From the human T2T-CHM13v2.0 reference genome, Homo sapiens: DNA of 64,000 nt. Both the position numbers and the translations under genes were made by a program. Below are positions 29,801 to 45,204 of this stretch, one piece after another. How positions within the stretch are numbered: position 1 is the first letter of the stretch; the number at the start of each line of letters is the position of its first letter. The notes under the pieces are model-generated. The model worked only from the letters and a program-made list of their open reading frames with translations, was not told the origin of the DNA and made no database searches. Location: NCBI RefSeq assembly GCF_009914755.1, contig NC_060940.1. One strand, given 5' to 3'.

Positions 29801-32800
29801 TATGATTCCATTCAATTCCATTCGTTGATGATTCGATTCCATTCAATGATGATTCCATTTGAGTTCATTCGATGATTCTATTCGATTCCGTTCGATGGTG
29901 ATTCAATTCTATTATATTGGATGATTCCACTCGATTCCATTTGATGATTATTCCATTGGAGTCCACTTAGTGAATCCTTTAGATTCTACTCGACGATGAT
30001 TCCATTCGAGTCCATTCGATGATACCATTCAATTCCATTCGTTGATGCTTCCATTCAAGTGCATTCGATGATATCATTCGATTCCATTTGATGATAATTC
30101 CATTTGATTCCATGCGATGATTCTATTTGATTCCATTCAATGATAATTCCATTCAATTCAGTGATTCCTCTGGACTCCATTTGATGATGATTCCATTCAA
30201 TGATTCCATTCGATTCTATTCGAAAATGATTCCATTTGAATCCATTTGATGATGATTCCATTAGATTCCATTTGATGATTCCATTCGATTCCATTCGACG
30301 ATGATTCCATTCGATTCCGTTTGATGATTCCATTCTATTCTATTCGATGATGATTCCATTCGATCCCATTCGATGATGATTGGATTCGATTCCATTTGAT
30401 GATTTCATTTGATTCCATTCGTTAATGATTTCGATCAATTCCATTCGATGATTCCATTCGATTCCATTCGATAATGATTACATCCGAGTCCATTCGATGA
30501 TTCCCTTTGAGCCTGTTCGATAATTCCATTTGAGTCCAACCAATGATTCCATTCATTTCCATTCAATGATTCCATTCGAGTCCATTTGATCATTCCGGTA
30601 GGGTCCATTCGATGTTGATTCCATTGGAGTGCATTCGATGATTCCATTCGAGTCCATTTTAGGATTTGATTCGAGTCCTTTCGATGATTCCATTCGATTC
30701 CACTCGATGATGATTTCATTCGAGTCCATTCGACACTTCCAATCGATTCCATTTGATGATTCCATTCGAGTCCAATTGATGATTCCATACAATTCCATTC
30801 GATGATGATTCCGTACGATTCCATTCTGTGATGATTCCATGTGATTGCATTCAATGATGATTCCTTTCGATTGCATTCGATTATGATTCATTTCGTGTTC
30901 ATTCTATGGTTCCACAGGTTTCCATTCGTGTCCATTCCATTATTCCATTCTATTCCATTTGATGATGATTCCATTCGATTCCATTCATTGGTGATTCCAC
31001 TCAATTCCATTCAATGATTCCATTCCATTTCTTTCAACAATGATTCCATTAGTTTCTAATCGATGATCCACTTGATTCCATTTGACGACGATTCCATTCT
31101 TGTCCATTCGATGATTCCATTTGATTCCATATGATGATGATTCCATTCGATTCCATACCATGATGATTCCATTCGAGTCCATTCAATGGTGATTCCATTC
31201 AATTCCATTCGATGATTCCTTTTGATTCCATTCGATGATGATGGCATTCGATTCCTTTCAATCATTCCCTTTCATTCCATTCAAAGGTGATTTCATTCAA
31301 GTCCATTCGATAATTGCATTCGATTCCATTCTATGATGATTCCATTCGAGTCCATTTGATGATTCCATTCAATTCAAGTCAATGATGATTCCATTCGATT
31401 CCATTCGATGATTCCATTGGATTCCATTCGATGATGATTCCATTCAAATCCATTCGATAATTCAATTCAAGTCCATTCGATGATGATTCCAATCGAATCC
31501 ATTCAAAGATTCCATTCAGTTCCATTCGAAGATTCCCTTAGATTCCATTCGATGATTCCACTTGATTCCATTTACGATGATTCCATTCGATTCCATGTGA
31601 TGATTCCATTCAATTCTATTCAATGATGTCTCCATTTGATTCCATTCGACCATGATTGCCTTTGATTCCATTCAATGATTCCATTCGGTTCCGTTTGATG
31701 ATGATTCCGTTCGATTCCATTTGATGATTCCATTTGATTCCATTGGATGAGTCCATTCGATTACATTCGATGATTATTCCATTCGAGTGCATTAGATGAT
31801 TCCATTCGAGTCCATTCGATGATTCCATTCGATTCCATTCGATGTTGATTCTGTTCAAATCCATTCGATGATTCCACTCGATTCCATTCGTTGACTCCAT
31901 TTGATCCCATTCGATGATTTCCTTTGATTCCCTTTGATGATCATTCCATTTGATTCAATTCGGTGATTTCATTTGATTCCATTCAGTGATGTTTCCATTC
32001 GACTCCATTCGATGATGATTCCATTCGACTCCATTCGATTATGATTTCATTCAATTCCATTCGATAATGATTCCCTTCGAGTCCATTCGATGATTCCATT
32101 CGATTCCATTCAACGATGATTTGATTCGTGTCCATTCGATGATTCCATTTGATTCCACTTGATGATGATTCCATTCGAGTCCATTTGATGATTCCATTCA
32201 ATTCCATACTCCGATGATTTCTTTTGAGCCCACTCAATGCTTCCACTCGATTCCATATGATGATGACTCCATTCGATGAAATTCGATGATGATTCCATTC
32301 GCTTGCTTTCGATGATGATTCCACTTGAGTCCGTTAGAAGATTCTATTCAATTACATTCCATGACGATTCCGTTCGAGTCCATTTGATGATTCCATTAGA
32401 CTCCATTCGACGATGATTCCATTCGATGTTATTCGATGATTCCATTCGATCTCATTCGATGATGATTCCATTCAACTCCATTCGATGTTTCCATTCGAGT
32501 TCATTCTATTATTCCATTAGATTCCATTCGATGATGATTCCATTCGATTCCATTTGATGATTGCATTCTATTTCATTTGATGATGATTCCATTCGAGTCC
32601 ACTCGATGATTCCATTCGAGTCCATTTAATGAATCCATTGGTTTCAATTCTATGATGATTACATTGGATTCCATTCGTTGATGATTTCATTCGGTTCCAT
32701 TCAATGATGATTCCATTCAATTCCTTTCAATGTTTCCATTCAATTCCATACGATGATGATTCCATTTGATTTGATTCGACAGTGAGCCATTCGATTCAAT

Positions 32801-32981
32801 TCCATGACGATTCTATTTGATTCAATTGGTTGACATTTCCATTCGATTCCATTCGATGATGATTCCCTTTGATTCCGTTCAAAGATGATTCCATTCTAGC
32901 CCATTCAATCATTCCATTCGATTCTATTCAATGATGATTCCATTCATGTCGATTTGGTGATTCCATTTGACTTCATTTGAT
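26870..32981 (+). repeat. 6,112-bp unit S1 (chimeric: first about 1.63 kb carries long-unit alleles)
   Basis: Spacing of landmark ORFs 26861 and 32973. Alleles match L1 up to 28500 and match the S units from 28569. Confidence 0.88.
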
Positions 32982-35900
32982 GATGATTCCTTTCAAGTTC
33001 ATTAGATGATTCCATTCGATTCCATTTGATGATGATCCCATTCGAGTCCATTCAGTGATTCCATTCGTTTCCATTCCATGATGATTCCATTCCTTTCCAT
33101 TCAATGATTCCATTCGATTCCGTTTGATGATGATTTCATTCGAGTCCATTTGATGATTCCATTTGATTCCATTCGATGATGATTCCATTCGAGTCCATTC
33201 GATGATTCTATTCGAATCCATTTGATGATTTCTTTTGATTATATTTGGTGATGATTCCATTGGAGTCCATTCAATGATTCCATTCTATTCCAATCGATGA
33301 TGATTCCATTAGAGTCCATTTAATGATTCCATTTGATTCCAGTCTCTGATGATTACATTCGAGTCCATACGATGATTCCACTCAATTCCATATGATGATG
33401 ATTCCATTTGATTCCATTCGGTGATTCCGTTCTATTCTATTCAATGGTGATTCCATTCGAGTACATTAGATGATTCCATTCGATTCCATTCAATGATGAT
33501 TCTATTTGTGTCCCTTAGATGATTCCACATGATTCCATTAGATGATGATACTATTTGAGCCCATCCAATGATTCCCTTCGATTCCATTCGATGAGGATTC
33601 CATTCGATTCAATTCATTGGTGATTCTATTCAATTCAATTCTTTGATTCCATTCCATTCCATTCGACAATGATTCCATTCGATTTCTTTCGATGATTCCA
33701 CTCGATTCCACTTGACATTGATTCCATTCGATTCCATTCAATGATTCCATTTGATTCCAGTGGATGATGATTGCCATCGATTCCATTCGATCACTCCATT
33801 CTATTCCATTTGATGATGATTACATTCGATTCCATTTGATGATTCCATCTGATTCTATTCGAGGATTCCATTTGATTCCATTCGATGATGATTCCATTCG
33901 AGTCCATTCGATGATTTCATTCGAGTACATCCAATGATTCCATTCGAGTCCATTAGATGATTCCATTTGATTCCATTTGAAAATGATTCTACTAGAGTCC
34001 ATTCAATGACTCCATTCGAGTCCATTCAACAATTCCATTCGACTCCATTCGATGATTCCATTCGATTCCATTTGATGGTTCCATTTGAGTCCATTTAATC
34101 ATTACAGTCGAGTCCATTTGGTGATTCCACTGGATTTCTTTTGATAATGATACCATTCAATTACATTTGATGATGATCCCATTCAATTTCATTTGATGAT
34201 GATTCCATTAGAGTCCATTCGATGATTTCATTCGAGTCCCTTCATTGATTCCATCCGATTTCATTGGATGATGACTCCATTCGAGTCCATTCGATGATTC
34301 CACTTGATTCCATTAGATGACTCCATTGGAGTCCATTTGATTGTTCCATTCGATTCCATTCGATTCCTTTCGAAGATTATTCCATTTGAGTCCATTCGAT
34401 GATGATTCCATTCCATTCCATTCGATGATTCCGTTTGATTCCATTCGATGATTCCCTTCGATTCCTTTCTTTGATGATTCCATTCCATTCCATTCAATGA
34501 TTCCATTCGAATCTATTCCATGATGATTCCTTTCGATTCCATTCGCTGATGTTTCCGTTCAATTCCATTCGATGATGATTCCATTCGATTCCATTCATTG
34601 AGGATTCCATTTGATTCCATTCAATGATGATTCCATTCTATTCCATTCAATGATTGCATTCAATTCCATTCAATGATTATCCCATTAGAGTAAACTCAAC
34701 GATTCCATTCAATACCATTCGATGATGATTCCTTTTGAGTCCATTCAATGATTTCATTCAAGTCCATTTGATGATTCCTTTCAATTCCATTCTATGATGA
34801 TTCCATTCGAGTCCATTCGATGATTCCATTCGATTGCATTCGATGATACCATTATATTCCATTCAACGGTGATTCCATTCGAGTCCATTCCATGATTCCA
34901 TTAGAGTACATTTAATGATTGCTTTGTTTTCAATTCGAAGATGATTACATTGGATTCCATTCTATGATACCATTCGATTCCATTCAATGATGATTCCACT
35001 CAAATCCATTGGATGATTCCATTCGTGTCCATTCGGTGATTTCATTAGATTCCATTCGAGGATGATTCCATTCGATTCCATTCGATGATTCCATTCAATT
35101 CCATTCGATGATGATTCCATTCCAGTCCATATGATCATTCCATTTGATTTCATTCGATGATGATTCCATTCGATTCCATTCGACGATTCCATTCTATTCC
35201 ATTCGATGATGATTCCATTCGAGTCCATTCGATGATTCCATTCGAGTCCATTTAATGATTCCATTGGGTTCAATTCAATGATGATTACATTGGATTCCGT
35301 TCTATGATTCCATTCAATTCCGTTCATTGACAATTTGATTCCATTCGATGATGATTCCATTTGAGTTCATTCGATGATTCTATTCGATTCTCTTCGATGG
35401 TGATTCAATTCTATTATATTGGATGATTCCATTCGATTCCATTTGATGTTGATTCAATTCGATTCTATTCGATGATGATTCCATTGGATTTCACTTGATG
35501 ATTCTATTCGATTCCATTCAATGATGATTCACTTCTCGTCCATTGGATGATTCCATTTCATTCCATTCGATGATGATTCCATTCGATTCCATTCGATGAT
35601 TCCATTTGATTCCATTCGACGGTGAGCAATTCGATTCAATTCCATGATGATTCTATTTGATTCAATTAGATGATGTTTCCATTCGAATCCATTCCATGAT
35701 TATTCCATTGGAATCCATTCGGCGATGATTCCATATGAGTCAATTCAATGATGATTCCATATGGGTCCGTTCGATGATAATTCCATTTGATTTCATTCGA
35801 TGCTTCTATTCTATTCCAGTCGATGATGATTCCGTTGGAGTCCATACGATGATTCCATTTGATTTCATTTGATGATGATTCCATTCGATGATGATTACAT

Positions 35901-38900
35901 TGGATTCCATTCTATGATTCCATTCAATTCCATTCGTTGATGATTCGATTCCATTCAATGATGATTCCATTTGAGTTCATTCGATGATTCTATTCGATTC
36001 CGTTCGATGGTGATTCAATTCTATTATATTGGATGATTCCACTCGATTCCATTTGATGATTATTCCATTGGAGTCCACTTAGTGAATCCTTTAGATTCTA
36101 CTCGACGATGATTCCATTCGAGTCCATTCGATGATACCATTCAATTCCATTCGTTGATGCTTCCATTCAAGTGCATTCGATGATATCATTCGATTCCATT
36201 TGATGATAATTCCATTTGATTCCATGCGATGATTCTATTCGATTCCATTCAATGATAATTCCATTCAATTCAGTGATTCCTCTGGACTCCATTTGATGAT
36301 GATTCCATTCAATGATTCCATTCGATTCTATTCGAAAATGATTCCATTTGAATCCATTTGATGATGATTCCATTAGATTCCATTTGATGATTCCATTCGA
36401 TTCCATTCGACGATGATTCCATTCGATTCCGTTTGATGATTCCATTCTATTCTATTCGATGATGATTCCATTCGATCCCATTCGATGATGATTGGATTCG
36501 ATTCCATTTGATGATTTCATTTGATTCCATTCGTTAATGATTTCGATCAATTCCATTCGATGATTCCATTCGATTCCATTCGATAATGATTACATCCGAG
36601 TCCATTCGATGATTCCCTTTGAGCCTGTTCGATAATTCCATTTGAGTCCAACCAATGATTCCATTCATTTCCATTCAATGATTCCATTCGAGTCCATTTG
36701 ATCATTCCGGTAGGGTCCATTCGATGTTGATTCCATTGGAGTGCATTCGATGATTCCATTCGAGTCCATTTTAGGATTTGATTCGAGTCCTTTCGATGAT
36801 TCCATTCGATTCCACTCGATGATGATTTCATTCGAGTCCATTCGACACTTCCAATCGATTCCATTTGATGATTCCATTCGAGTCCAATTGATGATTCCAT
36901 ACAATTCCATTCGATGATGATTCCGTACGATTCCATTCTGTGATGATTCCATGTGATTGCATTCAATGATGATTCCTTTCGATTGCATTCGATTATGATT
37001 CATTTCGTGTTCATTCTATGGTTCCACAGGTTTCCATTCGTGTCCATTCCATTATTCCATTCTATTCCATTTGATGATGATTCCATTCGATTCCATTCAT
37101 TGGTGATTCCACTCAATTCCATTCAATGATTCCATCCGTTTCTTTCAACAATGATTCCATTACTTTCTAATCGATGATCCACTTGATTCCATTTGACGAC
37201 GATTCCATTCTTGTCCATTCGATGATTCCATTTGATTCCATATGATGATGATTCCATTCGATTCCATACCATGATGATTCCATTCGAGTCCATTCAATGG
37301 TGATTCCATTCAATTCCATTCGATGATTCCTTTCGATTCCATTCGATGATGATGGCATTCGATTCCTTTCAATCATTCCCTTTGATTCCATTCCAAGGTG
37401 ATTTCATTCAAGTCCATTCGATAATTGCATTCGATTCCATTCTATGATGATTCCATTCGAGTCCATTTGATGATTCCATTCAATTCAAGTCAATGATGAT
37501 TCCATTCGATTCCATTCGATGATTCCATTGGATTCCATTCGATGATGATTCCATTCAAATCCATTCGATAATTCAATTCAAGTCCATTCGATGATGATTC
37601 CAATCGAATCCATTCAAAGATTCCATTCAGTTCCATTCGAAGATTCCCTTAGATTCCATTCGATGATTCCACTTGATTCCATTTACGATGATTCCATTCG
37701 ATTCCATGTGATGATTCCATTCAATTCTATTCAATGATGTCTCCATTTGATTCCATTCGACCATGATTGCCTTTGATTCCATTCAATGATTCCATTCGGT
37801 TCCGTTTGATGATGATTCCGTTCGATTCCATTTGATGATTCCATTTGATTCCATTGGATGAGTCCATTCGATTACATTCGATGATTATTCCATTCGAGTG
37901 CATTAGATGATTCCATTCGAGTCCATTCGATGATTCCATTCGATTCCATTCGATGTTGATTCTGTTCAAATCCATTCGATGATTCCACTCGATTCCATTC
38001 GTTGACTCCATTTGATCCCATTCGATGATTTCCTTTGATTCCCTTTGATGATCATTCCATTTGATTCAATTCGGTGATTTCATTTGATTCCATTCAGTGA
38101 TGTTTCCATTCGACTCCATTCGATGATGATTCCATTCGACTCCATTCGATTATGATTTCATTCAATTCCATTCGATAATGATTCCCTTCGAGTCCATTCG
38201 ATGATTCCATTCGATTCCATTCAACGATGATTTGATTCGTGTCCATTCGATGATTCCATTTGATTCCACTTGATGATGATTCCATTCGAGTCCATTTGAT
38301 GATTCCATTCAATTCCATACTCCGATGATTTCTTTTGAGCCCACTCAATGCTTCCACTCGATTCCATATGATGATGACTCCATTCGATGAAATTCGATGA
38401 TGATTCCATTCGCTTGCTTTCGATGATGATTCCACTTGAGTCCGTTAGAAGATTCTATTCAATTACATTCCATGACGATTCCGTTCGAGTCCATTTGATG
38501 ATTCCATTAGACTCCATTCGACGATGATTCCATTCGATGTTATTCGATGATTCCATTCGATCTCATTCGATGATGATTCCATTCAACTCCATTCGATGTT
38601 TCCATTCGAGTTCATTCTATTATTCCATTAGATTCCATTCGATGATGATTCCATTCGATTCCATTTGATGATTGCATTCTATTTCATTTGATGATGATTC
38701 CATTCGAGTCCACTCGATGATTCCATTCGAGTCCATTTAATGAATCCATTGGTTTCAATTCTATGATGATTACATTGGATTCCATTCGTTGATGATTTCA
38801 TTCGGTTCCATTCAATGATGATTCCATTCAATTCCTTTCAATGTTTCCATTCAATTCCATACGATGATGATTCCATTTGATTTGATTCGACAGTGAGCCA

Positions 38901-39092
38901 TTCGATTCAATTCCATGACGATTCTATTTGATTCAATTGGTTGACATTTCCATTCGATTCCATTCGATGATGATTCCCTTTCATTCCGTTCAAAGATGAT
39001 TCCATTCTAGCCCATTCAATCATTCCATTCGATTCTATTCAATGATGATTCCATTCATGTCGATTTGGTGATTCCATTTGACTTCATTTGAT
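32982..39092 (+). repeat. 6,111-bp unit S2 (1-bp deletion near 37135)
   Basis: TCCATCCGTTTCTTTC at 37131 versus TCCATTCCATTTCTTTC in other copies. The landmark offset drops from 6112 to 6111 here. Confidence 0.88.
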
Positions 39093-42000
39093 GATGATTC
39101 CTTTCAAGTTCATTAGATGATTCCATTCGATTCCATTTGATGATGATCCCATTCGAGTCCATTCAGTGATTCCATTCGTTTCCATTCCATGATGATTCCA
39201 TTCCTTTCCATTCAATGATTCCATTCGATTCCGTTTGATGATGATTTCATTCGAGTCCATTTGATGATTCCATTTGATTCCATTCGATGATGATTCCATT
39301 CGAGTCCATTCGATGATTCTATTCGAATCCATTTGATGATTTCTTTTGATTATATTTGGTGATGATTCCATTGGAGTCCATTCAATGATTCCATTCTATT
39401 CCAATCGATGATGATTCCATTAGAGTCCATTTAATGATTCCATTTGATTCCAGTCTCTGATGATTACATTCGAGTCCATACGATGATTCCACTCAATTCC
39501 ATATGATGATGATTCCATTTGATTCCATTCGGTGATTCCGTTCTATTCTATTCAATGGTGATTCCATTCGAGTACATTAGATGATTCCATTCGATTCCAT
39601 TCAATGATGATTCTATTTGTGTCCCTTAGATGATTCCACATGATTCCATTAGATGATGATACTATTTGAGCCCATCCAATGATTCCCTTCGATTCCATTC
39701 GATGAGGATTCCATTCGATTCAATTCATTGGTGATTCTATTCAATTCAATTCTTTGATTCCATTCCATTCCATTCGACAATGATTCCATTCGATTTCTTT
39801 CGATGATTCCACTCGATTCCACTTGACATTGATTCCATTCGATTCCATTCAATGATTCCATTTGATTCCAGTGGATGATGATTGCCATCGATTCCATTCG
39901 ATCACTCCATTCTATTCCATTTGATGATGATTACATTCGATTCCATTTGATGATTCCATCTGATTCTATTCGAGGATTCCATTTGATTCCATTCGATGAT
40001 GATTCCATTCGAGTCCATTCGATGATTTCATTCGAGTACATCCAATGATTCCATTCGAGTCCATTAGATGATTCCATTTGATTCCATTTGAAAATGATTC
40101 TACTAGAGTCCATTCAATGACTCCATTCGAGTCCATTCAACAATTCCATTCGACTCCATTCGATGATTCCATTCGATTCCATTTGATGGTTCCATTTGAG
40201 TCCATTTAATCATTACAGTCGAGTCCATTTGGTGATTCCACTGGATTTCTTTTGATAATGATACCATTCAATTACATTTGATGATGATCCCATTCAATTT
40301 CATTTGATGATGATTCCATTAGAGTCCATTCGATGATTTCATTCGAGTCCCTTCATTGATTCCATCCGATTTCATTGGATGATGACTCCATTCGAGTCCA
40401 TTCGATGATTCCACTTGATTCCATTAGATGACTCCATTGGAGTCCATTTGATTGTTCCATTCGATTCCATTCGATTCCTTTCGAAGATTATTCCATTTGA
40501 GTCCATTCGATGATGATTCCATTCCATTCCATTCGATGATTCCGTTTGATTCCATTCGATGATTCCCTTCGATTCCTTTCTTTGATGATTCCATTCCATT
40601 CCATTCAATGATTCCATTCGAATCTATTCCATGATGATTCCTTTCGATTCCATTCGCTGATGTTTCCGTTCAATTCCATTCGATGATGATTCCATTCGAT
40701 TCCATTCATTGAGGATTCCATTTGATTCCATTCAATGATGATTCCATTCTATTCCATTCAATGATTGCATTCAATTCCATTCAATGATTATCCCCTTAGA
40801 GTAAACTCAACGATTCCATTCAATACCATTCGATGATGATTCCTTTTGAGTCCATTCAATGATTTCATTCAAGTCCATTTGATGATTCCTTTCAATTCCA
40901 TTCTATGATGATTCCATTCGAGTCCATTCGATGATTCCATTCGATTGCATTCGATGATACCATTATATTCCATTCAACGGTGATTCCATTCGAGTCCATT
41001 CCATGATTCCATTAGAGTACATTTAATGATTGCTTTGTTTTCAATTCGAAGATGATTACATTGGATTCCATTCTATGATACCATTCGATTCCATTCAATG
41101 ATGATTCCACTCAAATCCATTGGATGATTCCATTCGTGTCCATTCGGTGATTTCATTAGATTCCATTCGAGGATGATTCCATTCGATTCCATTCGATGAT
41201 TCCATTCAATTCCATTCGATGATGATTCCATTCCAGTCCATATGATCATTCCATTTGATTTCATTCGATGATGATTCCATTCGATTCGATTCGACGATTC
41301 CATTCTATTCCATTCGATGATGATTCCATTCGAGTCCATTCGATGATTCCATTCGAGTCCATTTAATGATTCCATTGGGTTCAATTCAATGATGATTACA
41401 TTGGATTCCGTTCTATGATTCCATTCAATTCCGTTCATTGACAATTTGATTCCATTCGATGATGATTCCATTTGAGTTCATTCGATGATTCTATTCGATT
41501 CTCTTCGATGGTGATTCAATTCTATTATATTGGATGATTCCATTCGATTCCATTTGATGTTGATTCAATTCGATTCTATTCGATGATGATTCCATTGGAT
41601 TTCACTTGATGATTCTATTCGATTCCATTCAATGATGATTCACTTCTCATCCATTGGATGATTCCATTTCATTCCATTCGATGATGATTCCATTCGATTC
41701 CATTCGATGATTCCATTTGATTCCATGCGACGGTGAGCAATTCGATTCAATTCCATGATGATTCTATTTGATTCAATTAGATGATGTTTCCATTCGAATC
41801 CATTCCATGATTATTCCACTGGAATCCATTCGGCGATGATTCCATATGAGTCAATTCAATGATGATTCCATATGGGTCCGTTCGATGATAATTCCATTTG
41901 ATTTCATTCGATGCTTCTATTCTATTCCAGTCGATGATGATTCCGTTGGAGTCCATACGATGATTCCATTTGATTTCATTTGATGATGATTCCATTCGAT

Positions 42001-45000
42001 GATGATTACATTGGATTCCATTCTATGATTCCATTCAATTCCATTCGTTGATGATTCGATTCCATTCAATGATGATTCCATTTGAGTTCATTCGATGATT
42101 CTATTCGATTCCGTTCGATGGTGATTCAATTCTATTATATTGGATGATTCCACTCGATTCCATTTGATGATTATTCCATTGGAGTCCACTTAGTGAATCC
42201 TTTAGATTCTACTCGACGATGATTCCATTCGAGTCCATTCGATGATACCATTCAATTCCATTCGTTGATGCTTCCATTCAAGTGCATTCGATGATATCAT
42301 TCGATTCCATTTGATGATAATTCCATTTGATTCCATGCGATGATTCTATTCGATTCCATTCAATGATAATTCCATTCAATTCAGTGATTCCTCTGGACTC
42401 CATTTGATGATGATTCCATTCAATGATTCCATTCGATTCTATTCGAAAATGATTCCATTTGAATCCATTTGATGATGATTCCATTAGATTCCATTTGATG
42501 ATTCCATTCGATTCCATTCGACGATGATTCCATTCGATTCCGTTTGATGATTCCATTCTATTCTATTCGATGATGATTCCATTCGATCCCATTCGATGAT
42601 GATTGGATTCGATTCCATTTGATGATTTCATTTGATTCCATTCGTTAATGATTTCGATCAATTCCATTCGATGATTCCATTCGATTCCATTCGATAATGA
42701 TTGCATCCGAGTCCATTCGATGATTCCCTTTGAGCCTGTTCGATAATTCCATTTGAGTCCAACCAATGATTCCATTCATTTCCATTCAATGATTCCATTC
42801 GAGTCCATTTGATCATTCCGGTAGGGTCCATTCGATGTTGATTCCATTGGAGTGCATTCGATGATTCCATTCGAGTCCATTTTAGGATTTGATTCGAGTC
42901 CTTTCGATGATTCCATTCGATTCCACTCGATGATGATTTCATTCGAGTCCATTCGACACTTCCAATCGATTCCATTTGATGATTCCATTCGAGTCCAATT
43001 GATGATTCCATACAATTCCATTCGATGATGATTCCGTACGATTCCATTCTGTGATGATTCCATGTGATTGCATTCAATGATGATTCCTTTCGATTGCATT
43101 CGATTATGATTCATTTCGTGTTCATTCTATGGTTCCACAGGTTTCCATTCGTGTCCATTCCATTATTCCATTCTATTCCATTTGATGATGATTCCATTCG
43201 ATTCCATTCATTGGTGATTCCACTCAATTCCATTCAATGATTCCATTCCATTTCTTTCAACAATGATTCCATTAGTTTCTAATCGATGATCCACTTGATT
43301 CCATTTGACGACGATTCCATTCTTGTCCATTCGATGATTCCATTTGATTCCATATGATGATGATTCCATTCGATTCCATACCATGATGATTCCATTCGAG
43401 TCCATTCAATGGTGATTCCATTCAATTCCATTCGATGATTCCTTTTGATTCCATTCGATGATGATGGCATTCGATTCCTTTCAATCATTCCCTTTCATTC
43501 CATTCAAAGGTGATTTCATTCAAGTCCATTCGATAATTGCATTCGATTCCATTCTATGATGATTCCATTCGAGTCCATTTGATGATTCCATTCAATTCAA
43601 GTCAATGATGATTCCATTCGATTCCATTCGATGATTCCATTGGATTCCATTCGATGATGATTCCATTCAAATCCATTCGATAATTCAATTCAAGTCCATT
43701 CGATGATGATTCCAATCGAATCCATTCAAAGATTCCATTCAGTTCCATTCGATGATTCCCTTAGATTCCATTCGATGATTCCACTTGATTGCATTTACGA
43801 TGATTCCATTCGATTCCATGTGATGATTCCATTCAATTCTATTCAATGATGTCTCCATTTGATTCCATTCGACCATGATTGCCTTTGATTCCATTCAATG
43901 ATTCCATTCGGTTCCGTTTGATGATGATTCCGTTCGATTCCATTTGATGATTCCATTTGATTCCATTGGATGAGTCCATTCGATTACATTCGATGATTAT
44001 TCCATTCGAGTGCATTAGATGATTCCATTCGAGTCCATTCGATGATTCCATTCGATTCCATTCGATGTTGATTCTGTTCAAATCCATTCAATGATTCCAC
44101 TCGATTCCATTCGTTGACTCCATTTGATCCCATTCGATGATTTCCTTTGATTCCCTTTGATGATCATTCCATTTGATTCAATTCGGTGATTTCATTTGAT
44201 TCCATTCAGTGATGTTTCCATTCGACTCCATTCGATGATGATTCCATTCGACTCCATTCGATTATGATTTCATTCAATTCCATTCGATAATGATTCCCTT
44301 CGAGTCCATTCGATGATTCCATTCGATTCCATTCAACGATGATTTGATTCGTGTCCATTCGATGATTCCATTTGATTCCACTTGATGATGATTCCATTCG
44401 AGTCCATTTGATGATTCCATTCAATTCCATACTCCGATGATTTCTTTTGAGCCCACTCAATGCTTCCACTCGATTCCATATGATGATGACTCCATTCGAT
44501 GAAATTCGATGATGATTCCATTCGCTTGCTTTCGATGATGATTCCACTTGAGTCCGTTAGAAGATTCTATTCAATTACATTCCATGACGATTCCGTTCGA
44601 GTCCATTTGATGATTCCATTAGACTCCATTCGACGATGATTCCATTCGATGTTATTCGATGATTCCATTCGATCTCATTCGATGATGATTCCATTCAACT
44701 CCATTCGATGTTTCCATTCGAGTTCATTCTATTATTCCATTAGATTCCATTCGATGATGATTCCATTCGATTCCATTTGATGATTGCATTCTATTTCATT
44801 TGATGATGATTCCATTCGAGTCCACTCGATGATTCCATTCGAGTCCATTTAATGAATCCATTGGTTTCAATTCTATGATGATTACATTGGATTCCATTCG
44901 TTGATGATTTCATTCGGTTCCATTCAATGATGATTCCATTCAATTCCTTTCAATGTTTCCATTCAATTCCATACGATGATAATTCCATTTGATTTGATTA

Positions 45001-45204
45001 GACAGTGAGCCATTCGATTCAATTCCATGACAATTCTATTTGATTCAATTGGTTGACATTTCCATTCGATTCCATTCGATGATGATTCCCTTTGATTCCG
45101 TTCAAAGATGATTCCATTCTAGCCCATTCAATCATTCCATTCGATTCTATTCAATGATGATTCCATTCATGTCGATTTGGTGATTCCATTTGACTTCATT
45201 TGAT
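39093..45204 (+). repeat. 6,112-bp unit S3
   Basis: Landmark ORFs at 39084 and 45196. Confidence 0.88.
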
